DNA of 63,113 nt, counting the filler, from Reclinomonas americana ATCC 50394 (taxonomy: Eukaryota): the NCBI GenBank assembly GCA_048213135.1. It is 7 parts of 5 records of this genome, joined end to end, with 100 filler letters (N's around TTAATTAATTAA, not from the genome) between each part and the next. Parts side by side here need not be neighbours in the genome. Positions count along the whole stretch, not along the records: positions 26,566 to 43,007 come from PS015656.1; 6 more parts are not named here. One strand, written 5' to 3'. Below, in pieces: positions 27,646 to 39,600 of the stretch. Under the pieces are notes generated by a model that saw nothing but the letters and a program-made list of their open reading frames with translations, was not told the origin of the DNA and did no database searches. Within the stretch, counting starts at the first letter, position 1; every line of letters begins with the position of its first letter. Position numbers and translations under genes: made by a program.

Positions 27646-30600
27646 CCTTTGACTCGTGCCCGTTTGCCGGCACCGGTGGCTCGCTGTTTACCGCCGGCTC
27701 TGCACTGCACACAAACTCGACGGCGCCAGCCTGCATGGGTGCGTTGGAACGCGTGGCATGTCATTGGCTCGCTCTGCCTTCCCTCACATGCATGTGTATG
27801 TGCACTTTCTTTCCACAGCTCTCGACGAATCGTCTGGCTCGGTATACTACGTGAGCAACACCGGCAGCTACATAGGAGCCATTGCCGCCGACGGGTGGCA
27901 CTACCCTGCTTTTGACTTGAAAGCAGCTGGTGAGAACTCTCTCCCTCCTCCCTCCCCTTCCCTTGCCTTCTCCCTTCCCCCTTCCTCCCTCCCTCCTCCT
28001 CCCTCCTCTCCTCCGCTCATCAACCTTCTCTCTCTCTCTCTCTCTCTCTCTCCCTCCCCCCCGCAGGAATCGGTGCCATCAATAGCTGCGCCATGGATTC
28101 GACCAGTCGCACTCTGTTGGTCACCAGCGGCCACGAGCTGTTGCGTATCACACTGGCCGGTACTCCAACTGCCAGCGTATTTGCTGGCTCGTCAAATCCT
28201 GGCTACGTGGACGACGTTGGCTCTCTTGCACAATTCAAGTTTCGTGCACTTCAACGGTGCACTCGTGTGAGTGGATTTCGCTGACGCTCTCGCTGCAGCA
28301 ATCCTAACGGTCTCGCCATTGACGGGGCTAATCGAAGAGTATTCGTCGCCGACACGGTGAGTGGGAGGGTTTCCTTTTCGTACGTTACTGTGGAGTGCTG
28401 AAACAAGTGCCCATGTTGTGCAGGACAATAATATGATACGCCTTGTCGACATGGACTCTCTCTCCGTGTCGACCTTGTGTGGCACACAAGACGCCGACGT
28501 CATTGATGGCGACTTTGCCTCGGCTCGCTTCCAAGGTCCAATTGGCGTCACCATCGTTGACACGGGCCTTCTTGCCATCACCGACGGCTCCAGCACCATT
28601 CGCTTGGTCGCGATCGATGCAAGTTTCGTGTGGCATCGTGCTGTGCTCGCTCATTCGCACCCACTCAATCTTTACGCCTTGTTCCCCTGCCACACAGATT
28701 ACGTCGGCACCATTGCCGGCTCCGTCAATAATCCGGGCTACGTCGACGGTGCCGTCGAGACCCTGCAATTCAATCTACCCACCTCAATCATAATGCAATC
28801 CGATCGAGAGCACGCCTTTATTGCCGATACGGTTCGCCATCTCGTTCATTGTATTGTTCATCTCTGCTCTGCTGATGTGTGACTGCGCCTCTCCAGGGAA
28901 ACGGCGTCATTCGATCATTCAATGGGCTGGTGGCCTATACGGTTCCATCCGCTGCGCTCCTCAAGTGCGTGCTCGTCTGCATGGGTTGTTCAACAATCAG
29001 TCTACTGTGCCTTGACTTCCTCACTACTCACAGGCCGTTCGCTGCGCTGGGCGGGCTCACGCACGCTTTCGACTCGACCACTTTGCTCGTGTCTGACTCG
29101 GTTACGTGATTGCATGTGATTGTTGTCGCCTCTGGTTCTTACTCGCCCGCGACCCCGCAGAGCGCCAACACAATTACTGCGGTGTTTGATCACGGTTTGC
29201 ACGCAGTTTGTTTTTGTGATGCACAGTCTCTCCATCTGAGTCTCTTTTCTTTACTCTCCATTAGTCGGCGTTATCAGTGCCTCGCCCAGCGTCTTCCCGA
29301 CCAACGGCACCCACACCATGACACTCACCGGCTGCAACATGTTGCAGTTTCCGCAGGATGCCGGCAGCATCGTGCTGTCCTCCGCGCCCTGTTCGTCGCC
29401 AATCCCGGTTACCGGTGCCTCCGTTTCAGCAGCAGCAGCGCCCACAGCCACCTCTGTGTCGCTGAAGTTGCAATTGAGCAGCGCGACAGACCCCGGTGTG
29501 TAGTCGTATCTCTGCCGCGGGCTAGTGATGCAAGAGTGTTCTCATCACTCGCTTGCACAGGTCGATACCACATGTGCATTCGGTGGCGCACCGATGGAGC
29601 TTTCGTGGCCGACGTACCGATCTCCTTGTGTACGTTTCAACAATTGCTTGTTCTCAGTTGTGTTCTATCGCAATGTCTCGCTCATCACGCAAGTCGCCTG
29701 TGTGCAGTCCTCCCACAGGCGTCACCTCCGACAGTCCTGGCTGCGGCCTCTGCGTTGGAACGGCTGACAGTCCAAGGTGTTGGTTTCCGCGAACTTCGTG
29801 GTGACAACTGCGCCTTGAAGATTGCCGTGAGATCGGCCGTCGATTGCGGCGGCCAAATGCTATCAACCAGCGTGACGATGGATGGGTTGGAGTCGGCGGA
29901 TGTCGGGGCTTCCCTCCACGTTCACATGTCTACGGTGAACGTGACGAGCGGATGGTACCACTTGTGTGCGCGCTGGAGCCCCGCGTCTCCATACTATCGA
30001 ATTGCCACGTTTGGCGTTGGCCCCAGTTTCGTGCTGTGAGGTATACGAACAGAAGTATGCCTTTTTCTCCTCATTCTTGCATCCCCCCGGCAGTGCACAC
30101 ACCGGAAAATATGACTCTGTCGTCGTCTCAATTCACGCCGCCGTCAGCGTCCGCCAACCTGCTCATCGGCACGCTGTCAGCCGTCGATGCCGACGTTGGT
30201 GAGGGCATCACCTATTCAGTTGTCGGCGGCGCAAACGCCACGCTCTTTGCCATATCTCCCGACGGCAGCAACCGTCTGGTGCTACGCGATGCCGGTGTGC
30301 GTGGCAGGCTCCTCACCGTCACAGTGCGCGCCACGGATTTGGGAGGCGCCTTTGTCGACAAGTCGTTCAATATCACCGAAGGTACGGGCGCCGTTGTTGA
30401 TGCATCCTCTTGTGTTTGAGTCTCGTACCCATTGTTGCTGTCGTTGTCTGCGCACAGTACCGCTTGCACCGACACTGGCCACCTTGTCGACGCTCTCGTA
30501 CACGCCACCCGTGAGCGTGGCGGGCACAGTCGTTGGCACATTCAGTGTGACGGATGCGAATACTGCGGATACGTTTACCTTTTCAATCATCGGCGGCTCC

Positions 30601-33600
30601 AAAGCCTCTCTCTTCACCATCAGTGGCCAGCAACTTAAGTTCAAGAACACTCTGGCCAACGGGTCGAATTTGGACGTCCTTGTCATGACGCGCGATTCGT
30701 ACGGGTTGAGTCGAAACACTACGTTTATTATTGTCGAAAGTGCGTCACCCCCTCTGTCCGTGCAATGTCATCCATCGCCGTTTGTACCCACCACCGCACT
30801 TCGATGTGCGCAGACAATGTGCCGCCGTCGAATGTCGGCATATCGACGCTCACATACTCTCCCGGGGCGGCGGTCGGAGCTGTTGTTGCCTCGCTGAGCT
30901 CGACGGATCCAAACTGCTGCGAGACCCTGACTTACACACTGAGTGGCCCGGATGCCGGCGTGTTCAGCGTGCAGGGAGCCTCTCTTCTGGCCAATCAAGT
31001 CGGAGGCCTTTACGGTAACCGACGGCGCATCACGGTGACGGTCACTGATTTGGCGGGGACGTCGGCGAGTGCGTCATTCACGTTGAGAGAGAGTTGCGAC
31101 AAAAGCCCGCTTGCTTTGGTCACTCGCTGTCCTCGTCTTGGTGCACTCACTCTGTTGTTGTGCCTCGCAGACAATGTCGCACCGTCTGGTACCACGCTCT
31201 CAAACAGTCGATACACGCCGTCGGCTCCCAAAGGCACTCTCATTGGCACACTCGACTCCACCGACGCGAATGGATGCGAACGATCGGCTGTCGGTTTCAC
31301 ACAGGGAGTGTTCTCCATGATGTGGACTGACGTTGCTGCAACGGCCGCGATCAACTCGTTCGACTGGAGTGTGCCAGCGCTGAGTTGCAGCGTAGTCAGC
31401 AGCTTCTCCAATGGCGCCGCTGCTTTGGATGCAGGCTGGGCGGCACGATACGCCGCGCTTGTGACGGTGTCGACTTCAGGGACGTACAACATTCGTGTGA
31501 GTGGTGGAGGCGCCATTGACTTGTTTGTCAGCGCCGACGGCACGGTTACTACTGCGAGCGACAACGGCGTTATCGGGGCCGCCACCGTCACCATGTCCTT
31601 GACAGCTGGACAGCTGGTGTGGATTCGCGCGCGCCAACTCGCGGCCGCTTCGGCCGCCACACAAGGCCTGCAAGTGACGTGGTCCACCGACGGAGGTGTG
31701 ACCTATGTCGACATGCCTGCGTCCAGCACTCGTCCGTCCAGCGTGTGGCACCAGTTGGTGGCCACAGGGTCTTCCAGTCTCTTTACAATTGTCGGTGGAC
31801 GTGAGCTTCGTGCCAACGTTGCCGGCGGTCTGCTGGGGAAAAATCTGTCGATTACCGTGCGAGCATTCGATGTGTTTGGCGCAACTGCTGATACGTCGTT
31901 TGTGATCACTGAGAGTTGCGTCTGTTGGATTTCGTGTCGCGCTCTGCCACATGGCTCACTGGCAGACGGTTGGCACAGCGAGTGTGCCTCCCACTTCCAT
32001 TACTTTGACGAGTTCAACGTATGTGCCGCCAAGCAGCGGAAGCATCATAATTATTGGCGCACTTGCCGCTATCGACCCCAACTCGGCCGAGTCATTCACC
32101 TTCCGCGTGTCGGGTGGCGCCAATCAGAACCAGTTCGACTTGTCGTGCCTTACATGGTTGCGACTTACCGCACCGGGTCTCACCGGCACACTTTACGTCG
32201 AGGTCGAAGTGACTGACGTTGACGGTCTTGTCTACCGGCAGCTGCTTTCCATCACTGAGGGTAAGTGATTTGTGTGCATTCATCTTTGCGACTCTCAGTA
32301 NNNNNNNNNNNNNNNNNNNNNNNNNNNNNNNNNNNNNNNNNNNNNNNNNNNNNNNNNNNNNNNNNNNNNNNNNNNNNNNNNNNNNNNNNNNNNNNNNNNN
32401 NNNNNNNNNNNNNNNNNNNNNNNNNNNNNNNNNNNNNNNNNNNNNNNNNNNNNNNNNNNNNNNNNNNNNNNNNNNNNNNNNNNNNNNNNNNNNNNNNNNN
32501 NNNNNNNNNNNNNNNNNNNNNNNNNNNNNNNNNNNNNNNNNNNNNNNNNNNNNNNNNNNNNNNNNNNNNNNNNNNNNNNNNNNNNNNNNNNNNNNNNNNN
32601 NNNNNNNNNNNNNNNNNNNNNNNNNNNNNNNNNNNNNNNNNNNNNNNNNNNNNNNNNNNNNNNNNNNNNNNNNNNNNNNNNNNNNNNNNNNNNNNNNNNN
32701 NNNNNNNNNNNNNNNNNNNNNNNNNNNNNNNNNNNNNNNNNNNNNNNNNNNNNNNNNNNNNNNNNNNNNNNNNNNNNNNNNNNNNNNNNNNNNNNNNNNN
32801 NNNNNNNNNNNNNNNNNNNNNNNNNNNNNNNNNNNNNNNNNNNNNNNNNNNNNNNNNNNNNNNNNNNNNNNNNNNNNNNNNNNNNNNNNNNNNNNNNNNN
32901 NNNNNNNNNNNNNNNNNNNNNNNNNNNNNNNNNNNNNNNNNNNNNNNNNNNNNNNNNNNNNNNNNNNNNNNNNNNNNNNNNNNNNNNNNNNNNNNNNNNN
33001 NNNNNNNNNNNNNNNNNNNNNNNNNNNNNNNNNNNNNNNNNNNNNNNNNNNNNNNNNNNNNNNNNNNNNNNNNNNNNNTACCTACACCATCATGTGCGGA
33101 GCCAACAGCGGCGCGTTCACAATTGTCGGATCTCAGCTCTTTACGGTGGGCTCGCAAACTGGCAACAACCTCTCCTTCCTCATGCGAGCGAGCGACGGTG
33201 CTGGTGGCTGGTACGAGAAGACACTTGTTCTCTCTGAGGGTGCGTTTATGCATCGTTGGCAGCCACACATCGAACATTGACTTACACACCACTGCTTGCC
33301 AGTTAATTACCCGCCGAGCTCGATGACCTTGAGCGCCCAGCTCTATGTGCCTCTCGGTCCAGTGCCCTCGGTTGTAGGCTACCTGAGCAGTGTCGATATC
33401 AACTGCTGCCAGACTGTCACTTATCGCGTGGCTGGTGGCGCCAATGCGTCCAGTTTTGCTGTCAGTGGCACTGCACTCATGGTGACGCAACAAGGGCTGC
33501 AAGGGCGCAATTTGGAAGTTATTGTGCAAGCTGATGATGGCGCTGGTGGCCTGCTGAATATCGCGTACATCATCGACGAGAGTTGCGCGAAACCGAGGGC

Positions 33601-36600
33601 TCTTCTGTTACCCGTCTGCGAACTCACGTGATGGAAAATGCTGTTCCTCTGTAGCTCACGTGTCACCGACTGATGTTCTACTGTCGTCGACACTGTACAT
33701 TCCAAAGCTACCGCAGAACAGCTTTGTTGCCAACATCACTGCTGTGGACGCCAACTGCTGCGAGACGCACACGTTCCAGATTGTGCCGGGTGGTGCCAGT
33801 GCACAGTTTACGATTGTCGGCTCGCAGCTGTTCAGCGTCGGTGCAGTGGGTGGCAATGCGTTGCAGTTGACGGTGCAGACGACTGACCAGAATGGTCTGA
33901 GCTTTAGTCGCACATTCAGCTTGAACGAAGGTATGTGTGCGAGTCGCGTGCTTGTGTAGCACGCATTCACTCACTGCTGCGCCGACACAGCCAATGTGCC
34001 CCCGACGGCCGTTCATGTGTCGAGTGCAACATATGTGCCACTGGGACCGGCGAATCAAGTGGTCGGCACGCTGACGACTGTGGACAACAACTGCTGCCAG
34101 TCGTTTGTGTATCAGATTGTGGGTGGTCACGATGCGAGCAAGTTCGGCGTCAGTGGATCGAGTCTGCTGGTCACGGCGAGTGGCGTGCAGGGACACAACT
34201 TGGAGGTGATTGTGCGCACGAACGACGGTAGTGGTGGCACATTCGATCAGACATTGCTGATTGATGAAGGTGAGGCGACCAGTTACTATGCAGGCGAGCT
34301 GTGATGGTGGTGTTACTAACCACAACTTGCAGCCCACGTGCCACCGACTGACGTGCTGCTGTCGTCAACACTGTACATTCCACAATTGACACAGAACAAC
34401 TTTGTCGCCAACATTACCGCTGTGGACGCCAACTGCTGCGAGACGCACACGTTCCAGATTGTGCCGGGTGGTGCCAGTGCACAGTTTACGATTGTCGGCT
34501 CGCAGTTGTTCAGCGTCGGTGCAGTGGGTGGCAATGCGTTGCAGTTGACGGTGCAGACGACTGACCAGAATGGTCTGAGCTTCAGTCGCACGTTCAGCTT
34601 GAACGAAGGTGAGTGCGGGTATGCGTGCGTGTGTTTGTCTTGCTTATTGAGCGCATTTATTCACTGCTTGTCGTCGGCGCAGCCAATGTGCCCCCGACGG
34701 CCGTTCATGTGTCGAGTGCAACATATGTGCCGCTGGGACCAACGAATCAAGTGGTGGGCGCGCTGACGACCGTGGACAACAACTGCTGCCAGACGTTTGT
34801 GTATCAGATTGTGGGTGGTCACGATGCGAGCAAGTTCGGCGTCAGTGGATCGAGTCTGCTGGTCACGGCGAGTGGCGTTCAGGGACACAACTTGGAGGTG
34901 ATTGTGCGCACGAACGACGGTAGTGGTGGCACATTCGATCAGACGTTGCTGATTGATGAAGGTGAGGCGAGGCGACTGGTTGCTATGCGCATGCAGGCGA
35001 GCTGTAATGGTGATGTTACTAATCACAACTTGCAGCCCACGTGCCACCGACTGACGTGCTGCTGTCGTCAACACTGTACATTCCACAATTGGCACAGAAC
35101 AACTTTGTCGCCAACATTACCGCTGTGGACGCCAACTGCTGCGAGACGCACACGTTCCAGATTGTGCCGGGTGGTGCCAGTGCACAGTTTACGATTGTCG
35201 GCTCGCAGTTGTTCAGCGTCGGTGCAGAGGGTGGCAATGCGTTGCAGTTGACGGTGCAGACGACGGACCAGAATGGTCTGAGCTTCAGTCGCACATTCAG
35301 CTTGAACGAAGGTATGTGTGCGAGTCGCGTGCTTGTGTAGCACGCATTCACTCACTGCTGCGCCGACACAGCCAATGTGCCCCCGACGGCCGTTCATGTG
35401 TCGAGTGCAACATATGTGCCACTGGGACCGGCGAATCAAGTGGTGGGCGCGCTGACGACTGTGGACAACAACTGCTGCCAGTCGTTTGTGTATCAGATTG
35501 TGGGTGGTCACGATGCGAGCAAGTTCGGCATCGGTGGGTCGAGTCTGCTGGTCACGGCGAGTGGCGTGCAGGGACACAACTTGGAGGTGATTGTGCGCAC
35601 GAACGACGGTAGTGGTGGCACATTCGATCAGACATTGCTGATTGATGAAGGTGAGGCAGTCGATTGTGATCTCGATATTGACCCTCTTGTTGAGTGAGCG
35701 GAAATGGCTGAACACTTCGTTCCGTTGTTCCTCGCTCTCTCTTCTTTTGCGTGTGAGCGCAGCTTCTGTGGCGCCCACTGGTGTTACGCTGTCGTCGCAC
35801 ACGTATGTGCCGCCGACTGTCACCGCCAACACTGTAGTCGGCGTGCTGAGCGCAGTCGACGCCAACACTGGCGAGCAGTACACGTTCGCCATAGTGGGTG
35901 GCACCGACCAGGCGCTCTTTACCATTCTCAACGGTCAGCAATTGGCATTGGTCAATGCTGGACAAAAGGGAATCAACCTGCAAGTCAGCGTGCGTGTCAC
36001 GGACTCGACCATGTTGTCGTTCACACAGCCACTCGTCGTGACGGAGGGTACGTGCTGGTGGTGTTCCTCGCGCTCGTTCTTCTGACAGATACTGAGCGTC
36101 GTCTCTTGCAGCTCGTGTGGCTCCCACGGCTGTCCTGCTGTCGTCGTTGGAGATTCCCGTTCCGGTGGCCGCAGGAGACCTGATCGGCGAGTTGACGCTG
36201 GTCGATGCCAATTGCTGTGACACGCCTTCGTTCTCCATTACTGGAGACGCCGACAGTGCGCTCTTCACCATCGCCAATGGCAATCAGCTGCGCTCGGCAA
36301 TCGACGGGCTGCACGGTCCAACTCGGTCGATCATAATCAGCGGCAGCGACAATGACGGCGGACTAGTGGCGACTGAGTTCGAGTTGTACGAGAGTTGCGT
36401 CCGTGTGCGTGCGATGATCTGCCTGGTTGTATGTGTCGCATGTGTTGACTCTTTGCTGGCATGTGTGCACAGTCNNNNNNNNNNNNNNNNNNNNATTCAT
36501 CCTTTCTTGACGCAGTGCACTTGCCGGCTGCTCCGTTGCCACCCACGGTGTCGATTAACGAGACAACGGCCACCGTGCGCATGGCCTCACTTCCACCGCT

Positions 36601-39600
36601 GTCCCCGCATGCCGTGGTGGAAAATGTTGCCGTCGACGTAGTGCCCGTGGACAAACCGAGCAGCAGATGGACCGTCATGGCGAACGGTACTGAAGCAGTG
36701 GTGCAGGACCTTGTGCCGGTAACGCAATATCAGTTCGCCATCCGCGGCGGTAATAGTCACGGCGTCGGCCCATTCTCGCCGCTCACAGAGGCCATCACCA
36801 GCGGAAGTGCGTGTTTATTCCGATCGGTCTCCTGTCATACATGACTGTGGCTTACCGATCTCTCCATGTACAGCCAGTAAGCCGTGGCAACCACCGGCAC
36901 CAGTTACTGCTGAGGTGAAATTCAGCTCGGCCACGCTGACTGTCAGACCCCCGACGCAAACCGGCGGCCTGCCCATTCTTCGTATGCGCGCACAAGCTTT
37001 CCTTGTCGGGGCCAAGACCACCATGCCAGAGTGCCCAACATCTGTCACTGGCAGTCCAAAAGTCGATGTGCAGCAGGCGTATCTGGGGACTGTCAACCAA
37101 GTCGCACAGAATATGACCATCTCTATCCTGGAGCCGGAGTCGGTATGTGTGTGTTGTGTTCTCGCTTCCAATGTTCCTTGTGACTAACTCCTGAGTCGGC
37201 ACAGATGTACTTTGTGCAAGTACTGGTGACAAACAGCAAGGGCGCGAGTCCATGGAGCACAGGCATGTGCTTGATGACCACAGTTTCGCAACTGACTGTC
37301 GACACTGTGGAAGGCACCGGCAACGGCATGACCGTCGCCGTACGAGTTCCGTGGAGCAGAAATGAGTTGTCTCTTTGGTTCTGTGTTGAGAGGCGCTGAC
37401 TGCACTTGCACGGCCAGGCATTCACTGACGAGAGATGGAAGTTGGGAACATCTCTTACTGCGAAGGCCAGTGCGAGAGGCATTGACACGTCCGAACTGTC
37501 ATCGCTGACGTATTCTTGGGTGGCGATCTACAAGGAGTTTCGAATACCCATCTTTTACGGTTCATTCACTATTGCTCATCGCGGTTCTGATGCAGGACTG
37601 GGGACGCACGAGTCAAGTACTTTGTGCTGCCAGACTCGGTGGTCACCACTCAGAGTGAGCTGGTCGTACCGGCAACCGCACTGGCTGCTGGCACATTATT
37701 TGCGGTGGAGGTGCGGGTGTCGCACCCCACTCGAGGCACAGGTGGGGGTGGATGAAGTCGCTAACTGTCGGTGTGTGCCTTTCCTCACGCGCACTGCTCT
37801 GTGCAGTGGCCGGCCGACGAAGCACCATCGTGAATGGCGCACCGACGGTGGAGAAGTTCACTGTCGAGCCGTCATCCGGAGTCGCTTTCAACACCACATT
37901 TGTGCTGACGGCCACCAACTGCATCGACACGGATGGCGCTGTGTCGGTCTCATTCTACTACCTTGATCCGCTTACCTCCAACACAATTCCCTTGACTAGC
38001 GCGGATGGGCCGACGTCGTCCACCAGCACCAAGTTGCCCGTCGGCACCATTACTGTGGGTGTGACTGTGGCCGACAAGTACAGTCATCGGTACGTGCAGG
38101 AGGAATGACAGCTGGTGTGACGAGAGGAGTTGCTTACCAACCTGCTGTGATGCATGTGCAGTGTCACGCAAAGTACCACGGTGAGCGTGGTGGCGCCCGC
38201 ATCTGGTCTTGTGGATGCTGCCGCCGGAGCTGCTCTGGACGCGCTGCGTGATGCTGCATCGCTCACGGACGTTGCGTTGGAAATCTCTCTTCCTTTCACG
38301 TGACCTGCACAGTGCTCACTATTTGCTGTGCGACTGCAGAGCTCAGCACGTGCCGCCAAGCAAGTGGGCTCGGTTCTCACTCTTGTGTCGGTGGCGTCCA
38401 CCAGTGGCGGAGCAGTCATGGACACGACGCAGCGTTGCGTTTGTATTTTCGCGTTACATGAGACGCGTTGTCGCTGCGTGCACACTCACTGCTGCCACTC
38501 AGTGGTTTCGAACATCGGCACGTTCTCGAGTGCACTGGTCAATGCTGGTGATGCGGTGTCGTCGGGCCTTCTGTCACCGGATGCTGTCTTCTCGGTGTGC
38601 GGCACACTGGCGTCGGTGCTCTCCACTGGCTCGTCGTCCATCGACACAGCCACTCTCAGTTCGGCCCGCGAGAATCTCGCCACTGCCGTGCTGTCGGCAG
38701 CTGCCACTGGCAAGGCCGGAGTCAGTGATCTCAAATCGCTGCTGTCGGTGGCGTCCACACTGATGGTGGGCATCACCTCAAGCACAAACTCGACATCGAC
38801 GAGTGGCACGAGCACGCGAAGTGTGTCGTTCGACACGCGCGCTATGCAGGCGAGCGATGACACGATTCGGCAGCGCATGGTCTCAGCGCTGCAGGCCGTC
38901 GCAGCACCGGCACTTGCTGTTGCGTTATGTGTGTGCGCATATTATTGCCAGTAGTTGTACTGGTCTCATTCGTGTTCGCAGTCATCATCGACTGGCTTGA
39001 TTGAGATGAGCACTTCCTCGTTTGAATATCGAGCGCACGACATGTCGTCCACGTCGACCGCCACCAACATTGCCTCGTGTGGTTTGTGATGTGATTTGTG
39101 TGGTGCGTATGGAGTTGGATGCGCTGCTAACTGGATTCATGTTGCAGCGTCTGGATGCGCCGCGCAAAACACCACTGCCAACAATAGCACGGTGGTGATG
39201 CTGCCGTCGTCTCTTGTACAGTCAATTACAGGAGCGAGCAGCGAAGTCAGCGCGTTTGTGCAGGTGCGCATTGTGGTGAACGCATGCGGGAGATGTTGTC
39301 GCTTACTCACTGTGCCGTCACAAGATTGATTACAACGGATGCCCGAGTGCCACTGGCACCAACTACACGGCGCTATCTGTCAGCACCGGTCGTTCCTGTC
39401 GGTCGTACTCGGTGCAGGTACGCTTTCTCGCCTTCTCTCTTCCCTAGCCGAGAATGACCGTAGGGATGTCTCCACGTGCAGCGTGGCACCTCGGAGGTCA
39501 GCGTCAGTCAGCTGCAGGAGCCAGTGGTGATGGATGTCAACGAGTGGCAGACGGTGGTGGCCAACTACAGTGCGGTGCTGAGCAAGGCAGCCGCATGTGC

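Noticed and set aside
33656..35650. CRISPR-like repeat/spacer pattern
   Set aside because: The repeats are ~280-bp coding exons and the spacers are GT-AG introns; no cas genes are present.
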